Below, piece by piece: positions 17,462-27,127 of a stretch of 64,000 nucleotides of DNA (positions are counted from its first letter, which is position 1; each line of letters opens with the position of its first letter). The translations under genes were made by a program, and so were the position numbers. Under the pieces are notes generated by a model. The model was not told where the DNA came from and searched no databases. It was given only the letters and a program-made list of their open reading frames with translations. The stretch is from Candidatus Poribacteria bacterium (lineage in GTDB: Bacteria; Poribacteria; WGA-4E; WGA-3G). The stretch lies in NCBI GenBank assembly GCA_021295715.1, contig JAGWBV010000005.1, positions 2,534 through 66,533 of the forward strand, written 5' to 3'.

Positions 17462-18250
17462 GTGAAAGCAGCTTTAAAGCGCGGAGAAGTGCTTGTCGGA
17501 ACATTTGTACTTGAATTCGCTGGCTCCGCGATTGCAACACTTCTCGCAAGTGCCGGGGCAGACTTTATTATCGCAGACTTGGAACATAGTTCCTTTTCCA
17601 TGGAAACTATTGGACGGACAATTCGGAACGCACGTGGTTCAAACCTTCCTTGTATTGTCCGCGTTCCCATACTTGAACGTCATTTTGTCTCTCGGGTACT
17701 TGATGCAGGAGCAACCGGGGTCATGATTCCTCGGGTCGAATCCTGTGAAGACATTGAGAAAATTAAAAAGTGGACAAAATACGCCCCCGAAGGTGACCGA
17801 GGAGTCGCTTTCGGCATTGGACATACCGATTATGGTGACTTCACAAAACTCGATACCAGAGCGTATGTCCACAACGCGAATCAGGAAATTCTCACCATCG
17901 GGCAGATTGAAACCATCCAAGCCGTTGAAAACCTAAATGAAATCCTCGATGCCGGTGAGTTAGATGTTGTATTTATTGGTCCCTACGACCTATCCACGTC
18001 TTTGGGTATCTCTGGTGAGCTCAACCATCCACTGCTTTTAGAAGTTATAAAAAATATTATTAACCTCACGCAGATGCATAACATCCCTTTAGGCTGTTAT
18101 GTCAACGACTTTGCGGGTGGTGAACAGTGGTTGAATCTTGGCGTTCAACTGATCGCTTGCGGAAATGATGCTTTTCTCTTAACTCGTAAATTTGCTGAGG
18201 AACATCAAAAATTTAAAGATGCCGTAACCGATTTGAACGCTCGTAAATGA
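17462..18250 (+). CDS. HpcH/HpaI-family 2-keto-3-deoxy-sugar-acid aldolase
   Basis: GTG start. GADFIIADLEHS, VRVP, MIPRVES, IGPYDLS. Confidence 0.8.
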   Translation: MKAALKRGEVLVGTFVLEFAGSAIATLLASAGADFIIADLEHSSFSMETIGRTIRNARGSNLPCIVRVPILERHFVSRVLDAGATGVMIPRVESCEDIEKIKKWTKYAPEGDRGVAFGIGHTDYGDFTKLDTRAYVHNANQEILTIGQIETIQAVENLNEILDAGELDVVFIGPYDLSTSLGISGELNHPLLLEVIKNIINLTQMHNIPLGCYVNDFAGGEQWLNLGVQLIACGNDAFLLTRKFAEEHQKFKDAVTDLNARK

Positions 18251-18299
18251 GGGTTTGACGGATTTTTAATTTCTAAAATAGGACACGCGCTGCGAAAAA

Positions 18300-19307
18300 A
18301 TGGAAACTTACGATATTCTCACAATCGGACGAAGTTCTTTAGACCTATACGCGAATGACATCGGTGCCGCGTTTCCAGATATTAAAAGTTTTGGTGCCTT
18401 TGTTGGTGGATGTCCTACGAATATCAGCGTTGGTGTTCAGCGGCTTGGGCTTCAAGCTGCACTCCTCACCGCTGTCGGTGAAGATCCCGTTGGGGAGTTC
18501 CTACTCAAATTTTTGAAAGATGAGGGCGTTGAAATCCGGTTTATTCCACACAAACCCGGGTGCCGAACAAGTGCAGTCGTTCTCGGTATTGAACCGCCAG
18601 ATCGGTTCCCGCTCATCTATTACCGCGATAACTGTGCGGATATTGAGCTCACTATTGACGATGTTCTCGCTGCGCCGATCGCTGAAAGTCGAGCCGTGCT
18701 AATATCTGGAACTGGCTTGAGTAAAGAACCGAGTCGCAGCGCGACGCTCTACGCTGTAGAACAAGCACAAGCACTCGGCAAACACGTCTTTTTGGATCTT
18801 GATTTCCGTGCGGATCAGTGGCATGATCCAAGAGCATTCGGTGTTGTCATGCGATCAGCTTTACGTTATATTGATATTGCAATCGGGACAGAGGAAGAGA
18901 TCAAAGCGGCAACGCTTACGAGTCTTTCACAACTCACAATTGAACACTCTCAAATCTCGAATCCTACGATTGAAGGGGATATGACACTTGCTATGGAGAC
19001 GCTTTTAAGTGCCGGTCCAGATGCGCTAATAGTGAAACGTGGGATTGAAGGTGCGGATGTTCATTTAGCGAACGGAGAAATCGTTCACGCTGAACCCTTT
19101 CCTGTCGAAGTTTACAATACGCTCGGTGCCGGTGATGCTTTCGCGAGCGGATTTCTTTACGGTCATCTCAGTGGTTGGGGTTGGGAAAAATCTGCCCGTC
19201 TCGGCAACGCTACAGGTGCGATTGTCGTAACACGGCACGGTTGTGCGAACTTTATGCCGACAATGCCCGAAGTTGATGAATTTGTCGCGGAACGCGGCGG
19301 ATGGTAA
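18300..19307 (+). CDS. iolC: 5-dehydro-2-deoxygluconokinase (PfkB family)
   Basis: DILTIGRSSLDLYAN N-terminus typical of IolC. GAGDAF, VVTRHGCA. Confidence 0.8.
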   Translation: METYDILTIGRSSLDLYANDIGAAFPDIKSFGAFVGGCPTNISVGVQRLGLQAALLTAVGEDPVGEFLLKFLKDEGVEIRFIPHKPGCRTSAVVLGIEPPDRFPLIYYRDNCADIELTIDDVLAAPIAESRAVLISGTGLSKEPSRSATLYAVEQAQALGKHVFLDLDFRADQWHDPRAFGVVMRSALRYIDIAIGTEEEIKAATLTSLSQLTIEHSQISNPTIEGDMTLAMETLLSAGPDALIVKRGIEGADVHLANGEIVHAEPFPVEVYNTLGAGDAFASGFLYGHLSGWGWEKSARLGNATGAIVVTRHGCANFMPTMPEVDEFVAERGGW

Positions 19308-19368
19308 ATATACTTTGGTTTAGGTTCCATACCGCACCAGACACTACATCAAAGGAGCAGCAATTTTT

Positions 19369-21234
19369 ATGAAAACACAAAAACTCACGATGGGACAAGC
19401 CATCGTTCAATTTCTTCGACAACAATATGTTGAACGAGATGGGAACGAAACCCAATTTTTTGCCGGTATGTTCGGGATCTTCGGCCATGGAAACGTTGCG
19501 GGTATCGGGCAAGCGTTGCATCAGTATTCCGATTCCTTCCGTTTCTACCAGACTCGGAACGAACAATCGATGGTACACACCGCCGCTGCATTTACGAAAA
19601 TGAACAATCGCCTGCGAACCTTTGCCTGCACCTCATCCATTGGACCTGGGGCAACAAACATGATTACAGGTGCTGCAGGTGCAACGATTAACCGACTGCC
19701 GGTCCTCTTACTACCGGGGGATATCTTTTCCACACGCTTAGTTGCCCCAGTGTTACAGCAGCTTGAGTCTTCCAGTTCACAGGATTATTCAGTAAACGAT
19801 TGTTTCAAGCCGATTTCACGGTATTGGGATCGGATTAATCGCCCAGAACAGATAATTACTGCCTTGCCAGAGGCAATGCGAGTGCTGACATCGCAGGCTG
19901 ATACCGGAACAGTAACCTTAGCACTTCCACAAGACGTTCAGGCTGAAGCGTATGATTATCCCGCACAACTTTTTGAGAAACGCGTTTATACCATCTCTCG
20001 ACCTCGCGCTGATGTAAGCCTACTGAATCGGGCAGCGGCGTGGATCCGCGAGAGTAAATCTCCTTTGATTATCGCTGGTGGTGGTGTTATCTACGGTGAA
20101 GTTACAGCAGAACTCGCACAATTCGCAAAGCAAACCGGTATTCCTGTCGGTGAAACCTTCGCCGGAAAAGGTTCACTGCCCTATAACCATTCACAGAATC
20201 TTGGCGCAATCGGCGCGACGGGAACGCCAGGGGCGAATATCACTGCCCGAGAGGCAGATTTGGTGATTGCAATTGGCACGCGCTTGAGCGATTTCACGAC
20301 TGCTTCTAAGACTGCTTTCCAAAACCCCAACGTCCGTTTCATCAATATTAATGTTGCGGAATTCGATGCCTTTAAACATGCCGCTTTACCGCTTGTCGCA
20401 GACGCTCGCGTCACACTTAATGAACTCGCTGCCGCCGTAGGGAACTATCACATTGATGCTACCTACGCCGAGCAAATCAAGAACTATCGCGACGAATGGG
20501 AAGAAGAAGTGGATCGGCTTTACCATCTTGGTCACAGTCCTTTGCCGAGTCAAAGTGAGGTCATCGGTGTGGTTAACGAATTTTCACGTCCAGAAGATGT
20601 AATGGTCTGCGCGGCAGGGAGCCTTCCGGGAGATTTGCACAAGTTATGGCGAACCCGTAATCCGAAACAGTACCACTTAGAGTACGGATACTCGTGTATG
20701 GGCTACGAAATCGCTGGCGGATTGGGCATCAAAATGGCAGATCCGAACCGAGATGTCTACGTCATGGTAGGTGATGGTTCATACTTAATGCTCGCACAAG
20801 AAATCATCACATCAATTCAGGAAGGTTTTAAACTCATTATCGTGCTTGTGAATAACGAGGGACATAGTAGCATCGGTGGATTGTCGCGGGCAACTGGTGC
20901 ACAAGGCTTCGCTACCCGCTTCCGCTACCGGGATGAAAAGACTGGTGAACTTGAAGGGAACTTTTTACCGGTAGATCTCGCCGCGAATGCCGCCAGTCTT
21001 GGTGCCAAGGTAATTGAAGCGACAACCTTGCAAAGCCTGAAAGCCGCACTCCATGAGGCACGCGAAGCTGAGCATACAACCGTTGTGAAGATTGATGTAG
21101 ATTACTACCAAGGGGTTCCACGCTACGAATCGTGGTGGGATGTTCCTATCGCGCAAGTCTCCGAAGTAGACACGGCGCAAGAGGCGTATGAAGAATACGA
21201 ATTAGATAAGCGAAAGGAACGCTACTTCCTTTAG
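19369..21234 (+). CDS. iolD: 3D-(3,5/4)-trihydroxycyclohexane-1,2-dione acylhydrolase (TPP enzyme)
   Basis: LTMGQAIVQFL...FGIFGHGNV, GYSCMGYEIAGGLG, GDGSYLM. Length 621 aa. Confidence 0.85.
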   Translation: MKTQKLTMGQAIVQFLRQQYVERDGNETQFFAGMFGIFGHGNVAGIGQALHQYSDSFRFYQTRNEQSMVHTAAAFTKMNNRLRTFACTSSIGPGATNMITGAAGATINRLPVLLLPGDIFSTRLVAPVLQQLESSSSQDYSVNDCFKPISRYWDRINRPEQIITALPEAMRVLTSQADTGTVTLALPQDVQAEAYDYPAQLFEKRVYTISRPRADVSLLNRAAAWIRESKSPLIIAGGGVIYGEVTAELAQFAKQTGIPVGETFAGKGSLPYNHSQNLGAIGATGTPGANITAREADLVIAIGTRLSDFTTASKTAFQNPNVRFININVAEFDAFKHAALPLVADARVTLNELAAAVGNYHIDATYAEQIKNYRDEWEEEVDRLYHLGHSPLPSQSEVIGVVNEFSRPEDVMVCAAGSLPGDLHKLWRTRNPKQYHLEYGYSCMGYEIAGGLGIKMADPNRDVYVMVGDGSYLMLAQEIITSIQEGFKLIIVLVNNEGHSSIGGLSRATGAQGFATRFRYRDEKTGELEGNFLPVDLAANAASLGAKVIEATTLQSLKAALHEAREAEHTTVVKIDVDYYQGVPRYESWWDVPIAQVSEVDTAQEAYEEYELDKRKERYFL

Positions 21235-21266
21235 TCTATTGAATCAATACGAACGAAGGGAAAGTC

Positions 21267-21506
21267 ATGAAAGCATCAGAACTGTTAGCAAAAGTCAAAT
21301 CGGGACAAGCTATTGGGTGTGATTCATGTGATGAGAAAATCCCAGCCAATGACGTTTTGGAATTTGTGTTTAAGTTGGGGACACTCGCGCCGCGCATGGA
21401 AAACGCAAATGTCGGTGATATTACCTGCGTTAAATGCCAAACTGCAGATCCAGATATTAATATTGAACCGCGCGGACCGGATGTTAAATTCGTTCGTGGC
21501 GGCTAA
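21267..21506 (+). CDS. Small hypothetical protein with CxxC...CxxC (zinc-ribbon-like)
   Basis: 79-aa ORF with GCDSCDE and CVKCQ. AAGGGAAAG lies before the ATG. Confidence 0.45.
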   Translation: MKASELLAKVKSGQAIGCDSCDEKIPANDVLEFVFKLGTLAPRMENANVGDITCVKCQTADPDINIEPRGPDVKFVRGG

Positions 21507-21545
21507 GCTGTAACGGCTGATATCCGTATTCGTCTACACTTTGAT

Positions 21546-22286
21546 ATGTCGGAATATATTGTTGGCAGGAACCCAGTTATAGAACATCTACAGCGCGGGA
21601 CTCAAGCCGTAGAAAAAATCTGGATTGCTGAACGGAATACCCACTCGCGCATCCGACATATCGTCACAATGGCAGAAAAGGCGGGTATCCCTATAAAGCG
21701 CTGTACACGACGCGAACTCGATCGGCTTGAGCCATCTGTACCACACCAAGGTGTTATCGCCTTTGTGATTCCAGGGCGTTACGATGATCTGTCATCAATA
21801 CTCGAAAAAATAGAACGCAGTGAACACAACGCGCTCTTAATTATATTGGATAACATTCAAGATCCAAGAAACCTTGGGGCGGTTCTCCGGACGGCTGACG
21901 CCGTGAATGCTGATGCTGTTATCATTCCAAAAAATCGTGCTGTCGGTGTCACAGCAGCTGTACACAAAGCATCGGCAGGTGCGTCCACATATATGCCTAT
22001 CGTCAAAGTGACGAACATTGCCCATACCATAGACACCCTTAAAAACAGAGGGATATGGGTTGCCGGTGCCGCCGAGAGCGCATCTTGTCTATACACAGAA
22101 GCTGACTTTAAAGTGCCATTGTGTCTTGTTTTGGGGAGTGAAGGTAAAGGCCTCCGGCGGCTTGTCAAGCAAAAATGTGATTATCTCGTTAACTTGCCGA
22201 TGTTAGGAAAGATTGACTCTCTCAACGTTTCAGTTGCAGCCGGTGTGCTGTTATATGAAGTAATTCGGCAACGCGACGTGAAATAA
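21546..22286 (+). CDS. rlmB: SpoU/TrmH-family 23S rRNA 2'-O-methyltransferase (RlmB-like)
   Basis: GRNPVIEHL substrate-binding N-domain, LDNIQDPRNLGAVLRTA, LVLGSEGKGL, SLNVSVAAGVLLYE. Confidence 0.8.
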   Translation: MSEYIVGRNPVIEHLQRGTQAVEKIWIAERNTHSRIRHIVTMAEKAGIPIKRCTRRELDRLEPSVPHQGVIAFVIPGRYDDLSSILEKIERSEHNALLIILDNIQDPRNLGAVLRTADAVNADAVIIPKNRAVGVTAAVHKASAGASTYMPIVKVTNIAHTIDTLKNRGIWVAGAAESASCLYTEADFKVPLCLVLGSEGKGLRRLVKQKCDYLVNLPMLGKIDSLNVSVAAGVLLYEVIRQRDVK

Positions 22287-22297
22287 ATCGGCGTACT

Positions 22298-23047
22298 TCA
22301 AATGAAGTTTTCTTCCTTCAGGCTAACAAAAATCCCATCGCCGATAATAATGTGATCCAACACTTTTATCCCAATTTGATTTCCAGCCTCAATCACTTGT
22401 TTTGTTGCCCGAATGTCCTCTTGACTCGGCTGTGGATCTCCAGATGGATGATTGTGAACGAGGATAATTGAATTCGCTGACTCCTCAATAGCGAATCGGA
22501 AAATTTCGCGAGGGTGAAAAACACTGGCGTTGAGCGTGCCTTCAAAGACTGTTCCTTCTGACAATAATCTTTTTCCCCAACTCAAATCGTCACTCAGTTC
22601 ACCAGTGATGCCTTTGGTTGTCACACCCCCCTTGGTGTCAAGGCACAAGACACAAACGATCTCCTTCTGTAGGTACCGCATTTTAGACATCATCAGATCA
22701 GCAACATCAGCCGGAGATGTAATTTTATCGCGGTCGGCGTGGAAACGTGCCAATCGTTTTCCGAGTTCAAGTGCCGCGACGATCTGCGCGGCTTTTGCCT
22801 CACCGACGCCTTTAATCTTCTCAAATTGTTTAGACTTATGGTCAGCCATCCGCTTCAAATCACCTTCAAACGCCATAAGAATCTGTTCACCAAGCTGAAT
22901 AGCGGTCGTTCCTTGGAAACCATTTCTGAGAATAATAGCCAGGAGGTCAGAATCTCTCAGTGCCTCTGGTCCATGTTTCCGGAGTCTTTCACGGGGACGT
23001 TCATCCTCCGGGAGGTCCTTAATGCGTATAGGGTTCGCTTCGTACAT
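22298..23047 (-). CDS. radC: RadC-like JAB/MPN domain protein
   Basis: ERPRERL, HhH KIKGVGEAKAAQI, JAB motif HNHPSGDPQPSQED. ATG 23047 follows GAAAGGAAAG. Confidence 0.85.
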   Translation of the reverse strand: MYEANPIRIKDLPEDERPRERLRKHGPEALRDSDLLAIILRNGFQGTTAIQLGEQILMAFEGDLKRMADHKSKQFEKIKGVGEAKAAQIVAALELGKRLARFHADRDKITSPADVADLMMSKMRYLQKEIVCVLCLDTKGGVTTKGITGELSDDLSWGKRLLSEGTVFEGTLNASVFHPREIFRFAIEESANSIILVHNHPSGDPQPSQEDIRATKQVIEAGNQIGIKVLDHIIIGDGIFVSLKEENFI

Positions 23048-23305
23048 TGCTTTCCTTTCTGTCTCGTAGAAATTCGCCAACATTATACTCTATTTCAGTG
23101 TTAAAAACAAACGAAATCCGATTGCATTTCAGGAATATTGAGACCCAGATTTTTTTTGCCCAAAAAATTTAAAAATATAGACCGATAGTAAGTAGTTTCC
23201 TTGCAGTTGGAGGGCTGTCCTTACTTTAAGGAAGTTTTAAGTTTGAAAAGAGCAAATTCTTTTTGGCAAGGTTTCGCAAAATCAAAGATATCCTCAAATT
23301 GCAGG

Positions 23306-23334
23306 TTGACAAATATTTTCAAATAGTTTAGAAT
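23306..23334 (+). promoter_or_regulatory. Sigma-70-like promoter, TTGACA-17-TAGAAT
   Basis: TTGACA at 23306-23311 and TAGAAT at 23329-23334, upstream of the first STAS gene. Confidence 0.45.
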
Positions 23335-23388
23335 TAGAAGTGTGAATCGAAGTTTCAGTTTTCCAGCAAATAAAAAAAGGAGACAATC

Positions 23389-23736
23389 ATGGCAACCACG
23401 ATTCGCCAGAAAGATGGTGTTGCAATCTTAGAACCGAGTGGAAAAATAATGGGTGCCTCAGTATCGGAATTACGAGAGGCAATCACCTCGCAGATTGATG
23501 CCTCCGATGCGCCACGCATTCTCATTAATTTCGATCGGGTCAACATGATGGATAGTTCAGGTCTTGGCACGCTGATGGGGGCACATGTCGCCGCAACGCG
23601 AAAGAAAGGGCGTATTGGTGTCATCAACGTCGGAACAAACATAAAAAATCTTATTGTCCGTAGTCGGCTCGTCAGCATCTTTGAACATTTCGAGACCGAG
23701 GACGCTGCAGTTTCGGCACTGTCAAGCGAGAGTTAA
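23389..23736 (+). CDS. STAS-domain anti-sigma-factor antagonist (SpoIIAA/RsbV-like)
   Basis: MMDSSGLGTLMG phospho-serine motif. 115 aa. Confidence 0.85.
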   Translation: MATTIRQKDGVAILEPSGKIMGASVSELREAITSQIDASDAPRILINFDRVNMMDSSGLGTLMGAHVAATRKKGRIGVINVGTNIKNLIVRSRLVSIFEHFETEDAAVSALSSES

Positions 23737-23799
23737 GTGCTGTGATTGGAATGTCCGCCCATAACCTAAACGCGCAGTAGTATTAGGAGTATGTACACT

Positions 23800-24153
23800 A
23801 TGGCAATCACCGTGTCTGAGAAAGAAGGTGTCATTATTTTCAGACTGAGCGGCAGAATTATCGCCCCGGGGGTTACAGAAGTATCGGAAACCGTGGAGGA
23901 GGCACTCGCAGTGCACTCCTCACCTCCGAGACTCGTGTTTGACTTCAAAGAAGTAACGGGAATGGACAGTTCTGGGCTTGGTGTCCTCATGAAAGTCTAT
24001 TCCGATATCCACCCCCGCGGCGGGGAAATAGCAGTGATTAATGTCAACAAACATGTCAAGAATCTTATTGTCATGGCGCGCTTAATCACTGTCTTTAAAA
24101 ACTTTGAGAGCGAAGAAGATGCTGTTGCTGCCTTGCTGCAGCAAGCCGAGTGA
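23800..24153 (+). CDS. STAS-domain anti-sigma-factor antagonist
   Basis: GMDSSGLGVLMK. ATG 23800 gives MAITVSEKEG, parallel to MATTIRQKDG of the first copy. ATG 23791 is also possible. Confidence 0.85.
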   Translation: MAITVSEKEGVIIFRLSGRIIAPGVTEVSETVEEALAVHSSPPRLVFDFKEVTGMDSSGLGVLMKVYSDIHPRGGEIAVINVNKHVKNLIVMARLITVFKNFESEEDAVAALLQQAE

Positions 24154-24254
24154 GATTCAGACTAATCTTAGATTTATTGTAGCGAGGGTGCTTTGCTAAC
24201 GTCGAAAACTTCTGAGTAAAGTCCTACTGCCTCGCATCTATAAGGGAATGTCTC

Positions 24255-25016
24255 ATGATAAAAAATATCCTCGTTGCCATCGGTGATACGGATTACGAGA
24301 AAAATGCATTTGAGTACGCCGGACAACTCGCAGTCCTTTTAGGAACGCATTTATCGTGTGTTTTCTTTCAGGACAGCCAGCATGGTGGGAACGCTGATGT
24401 CGCAGAGACCGTCATACGTCGAACCGAGACGGAGTGCTCGCTTTACGATTTCTTGGATTACCACATTGAAGCTGTCGCTGGCAACCCGCGACAGATGATC
24501 TGCGAAAAAGCACATTCCGCGGACCTTGTTGTTGTCGGGCTTCCTGAAGATGTAAGAAAGCGTCGCCTGAAACTTATCCAAAACCAAATCGACGACGTGC
24601 TGCTCCACATCACGAGACCTATTATTGTGGTGCACGAACAATGCACACTCTTGCGGAAAATACTTGCTGTCCACCATGGAGATACCTATTCTGATCATGC
24701 CTTAGGGCTTGTCGCCGAAATCGGGGAGTTAACAAAAGCCGGAATATTGGGACTCGCCCTTTCAAGCACACAACAGGAGGCAACCCAGATTAAGCAGCAG
24801 ATGGAGGCATATTTGAAATATTATGACGTTCAAGCCGACTTTCTCACGGCTCGTGGCTTTACGGTAACAAACATCTTGGAAAACGCAGAGGAAAATGATT
24901 GCGACCTCATTGCACTCAGCGCGAGTCATCATGGAAGATTGTACGAGCTTGTTTTCCAAAGTACTACGCAAAGTGTTGTAAAAGTCGCAAACCGGGCAGT
25001 TCTCGTAACAACATAA
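24255..25016 (+). CDS. Tandem universal stress protein (UspA family)
   Basis: Two USP halves (ILVAIGDTD...VVGL and ILAVHHGD...SHHG...AVLV). Confidence 0.7.
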   Translation: MIKNILVAIGDTDYEKNAFEYAGQLAVLLGTHLSCVFFQDSQHGGNADVAETVIRRTETECSLYDFLDYHIEAVAGNPRQMICEKAHSADLVVVGLPEDVRKRRLKLIQNQIDDVLLHITRPIIVVHEQCTLLRKILAVHHGDTYSDHALGLVAEIGELTKAGILGLALSSTQQEATQIKQQMEAYLKYYDVQADFLTARGFTVTNILENAEENDCDLIALSASHHGRLYELVFQSTTQSVVKVANRAVLVTT

Positions 25017-25066
25017 ATTTACGTGACGCACGAGGTGCTCTTACCTCGCATCTTGTGGAGGTAAAC

Positions 25067-26602
25067 ATGAAGCTTAAAGACACAACTGGCAAGCACATAT
25101 TAAGAGATGAAATCATTGAACCAAACTGCTTCTTAGAGATTTCCACGGATATGTTCGGGTATATCAGTTGTGACGGTAGTTTCGTCGCACTCAACTCGGT
25201 ATGGGAAGAAATTCTTGGGTTCACAAAATTAGAACTTCAGAACTCCGAATGGTCTGCGCTCATACATCCGGAGGATCGGGAGGAGATGCTTAACGAGATC
25301 GAAAAGGTGAAAACAGGAAAACGTGTAAGACCCTTTGAAAGCCGGTTTCAGCGCAAAAACGGGTCCTACAGATGGTTAAGATGGCGCGCGATAAAAGATG
25401 CCGAGCAACAGCTCTGTTATGTCGTCGCAACAGATATAACACCTCGAAAGCAGTTAGAAGCAAGATTGAAAGAGAGTGAAACCCGATTCCAGCAATTAGC
25501 GGCGAAACATGTCCAAGAAGGGGATCTGTTGCATACCCTGATGGAGAATACCCCTGACCACATCTATTTCAAAGATACGGAGAGTAGATTTATACGGATC
25601 AATCGCTCTTTAGCAGATCGGTTCGGTTTAAAAAATCCCGCAGAGGCAGTCCAAAAAACCGACTTTGACTTCTTCACTCGTGAACACGCACAACAGGCAT
25701 ATCAGGACGAACAAGATGTCGTTGAATCTGGAAAACCAATTGAGGCGAAACAGGAAAGAGAGACTTGGCCCAATGAGCAGGATACCTGGGTATCAACGAC
25801 TAAAGTCCCGATTCGAGATAGAGAGGGACGTATAGTCGGAACATGCGGTATTTCACGGGATATAACTGAGTACTATCGCGCCCAACAAGCCGTTGAGTAC
25901 GCAAGCCGCGCCAAAAGTGATTTCCTCGCAAACATGAGTCACGAACTGCGCACACCTTTGAATGCGATCATTGGATTCGCTGAAATTCTACGAGATGAAC
26001 TTGTCGGAAGCATTAACGCCGAGCAAAGAGAGTGCATTAATGATATTCACATTAGTGGCGAACATCTGCTCGAAATGATCAATGACATCCTTGATCTTTC
26101 AAAGATTGAAGCAGGAAAAATGGCACTCCAATTAGAGACCTTCTCTATTGTTGAAGCCGTTGAGGAAGTCAACGCCATTATTACCGCACTTGCTGTAAAG
26201 AAGGATCTTGACCTTACCTTGAACTATAACCAGAACGGTATGATTGAAGCTGACCGAGTTAAATTCAAGCAGATTTTCTATAATCTACTCTCCAATGCAG
26301 TAAAATTCACTCCAGAAGGCGGGAAAGTCGCGACGCAACTCGAAGTTGGAACGACAGAACTGCGAGCCGGAGTTATTGATACAGGTATAGGTATCTCCGA
26401 AGCAGATCAAGCGAAACTCTTCGCCCCGTTTACACAAATCGATACGTCAAAATCTCGGCGGTACGGTGGAACAGGTCTCGGTTTAGCCTTGACACATAGG
26501 CTTATCATGTTACACGGTGGCGAGATTAGTGTGACAAGCCAAGAAGGAGAAGGGAGCAATTTCGCTCTGAGAATCCCTCTTCAACAATTAAATAAGGTGT
26601 GA
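25067..26602 (+). CDS. PAS-domain sensor histidine kinase (cytoplasmic)
   Basis: ATG 25067 lies 7 nt after GGAGG. Two PAS-like regions, H-box MSHELRTPLNAI, N-box LLSNAVKFT, G-boxes DTGIGI and GGTGLGL. Confidence 0.9.
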   Translation: MKLKDTTGKHILRDEIIEPNCFLEISTDMFGYISCDGSFVALNSVWEEILGFTKLELQNSEWSALIHPEDREEMLNEIEKVKTGKRVRPFESRFQRKNGSYRWLRWRAIKDAEQQLCYVVATDITPRKQLEARLKESETRFQQLAAKHVQEGDLLHTLMENTPDHIYFKDTESRFIRINRSLADRFGLKNPAEAVQKTDFDFFTREHAQQAYQDEQDVVESGKPIEAKQERETWPNEQDTWVSTTKVPIRDREGRIVGTCGISRDITEYYRAQQAVEYASRAKSDFLANMSHELRTPLNAIIGFAEILRDELVGSINAEQRECINDIHISGEHLLEMINDILDLSKIEAGKMALQLETFSIVEAVEEVNAIITALAVKKDLDLTLNYNQNGMIEADRVKFKQIFYNLLSNAVKFTPEGGKVATQLEVGTTELRAGVIDTGIGISEADQAKLFAPFTQIDTSKSRRYGGTGLGLALTHRLIMLHGGEISVTSQEGEGSNFALRIPLQQLNKV

Positions 26603-26689
26603 AACCAACATAGGTCTGGTAAAGAGACATAGGACGAACAAGGCAGGAGATTTGGCACCGCAACTTTCGTTCATTTCATAACTGCTGGC

Positions 26690-27127
26690 TTGAATAAAAG
26701 GCAACCTGTGAAAACTGAAAACCCACCCCCAACCGAAGAACAGGCAGAACCGCAAAAGCGTATTTTGGTGATTGAAGACCAAGAGTTGAACCGCAAAGTT
26801 GTGCGGATTGTCCTGCAATCGAAGGGGTATACAGTCGTGGAAGCGACTGATGCTACGGAAGCACTGGCAAGCTTGGAAGACGCAATACCACAACTCATTC
26901 TCATGGATATTGCTTTACCCGGACAAAGCGGCGAAGATTTAACACGACGGATTAAAGCCAATCTTGCATGGGTAGATATACCAATTATTGCCCTGACAGC
27001 CGCAGCTATGTCTGGTGACAGGGAACGCATTCTTAAAGCTGGATGCGATGATTATCTCAGTAAACCTATTGACATCAAAGTTTTAGTGGAGCGTGTAGAA
27101 ACTCACATCAAGAGGACAGAAACATGA
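26690..27127 (+). CDS. Single-domain response regulator (REC)
   Basis: ILVIEDQ, LILMDIALPG, LTA, SKP. Start is uncertain (TTG 26690 or GTG 26708). Confidence 0.85.
   Translation: MNKRQPVKTENPPPTEEQAEPQKRILVIEDQELNRKVVRIVLQSKGYTVVEATDATEALASLEDAIPQLILMDIALPGQSGEDLTRRIKANLAWVDIPIIALTAAAMSGDRERILKAGCDDYLSKPIDIKVLVERVETHIKRTET

Noticed and set aside
24899-25066. Upstream extension of the histidine-kinase ORF, overlapping the end of the USP gene.
   Set aside because: The extension is Cys/Arg/Lys-rich nonsense overlapping a real gene. A GGAGG-7 nt-ATG at 25067 gives a normal start.
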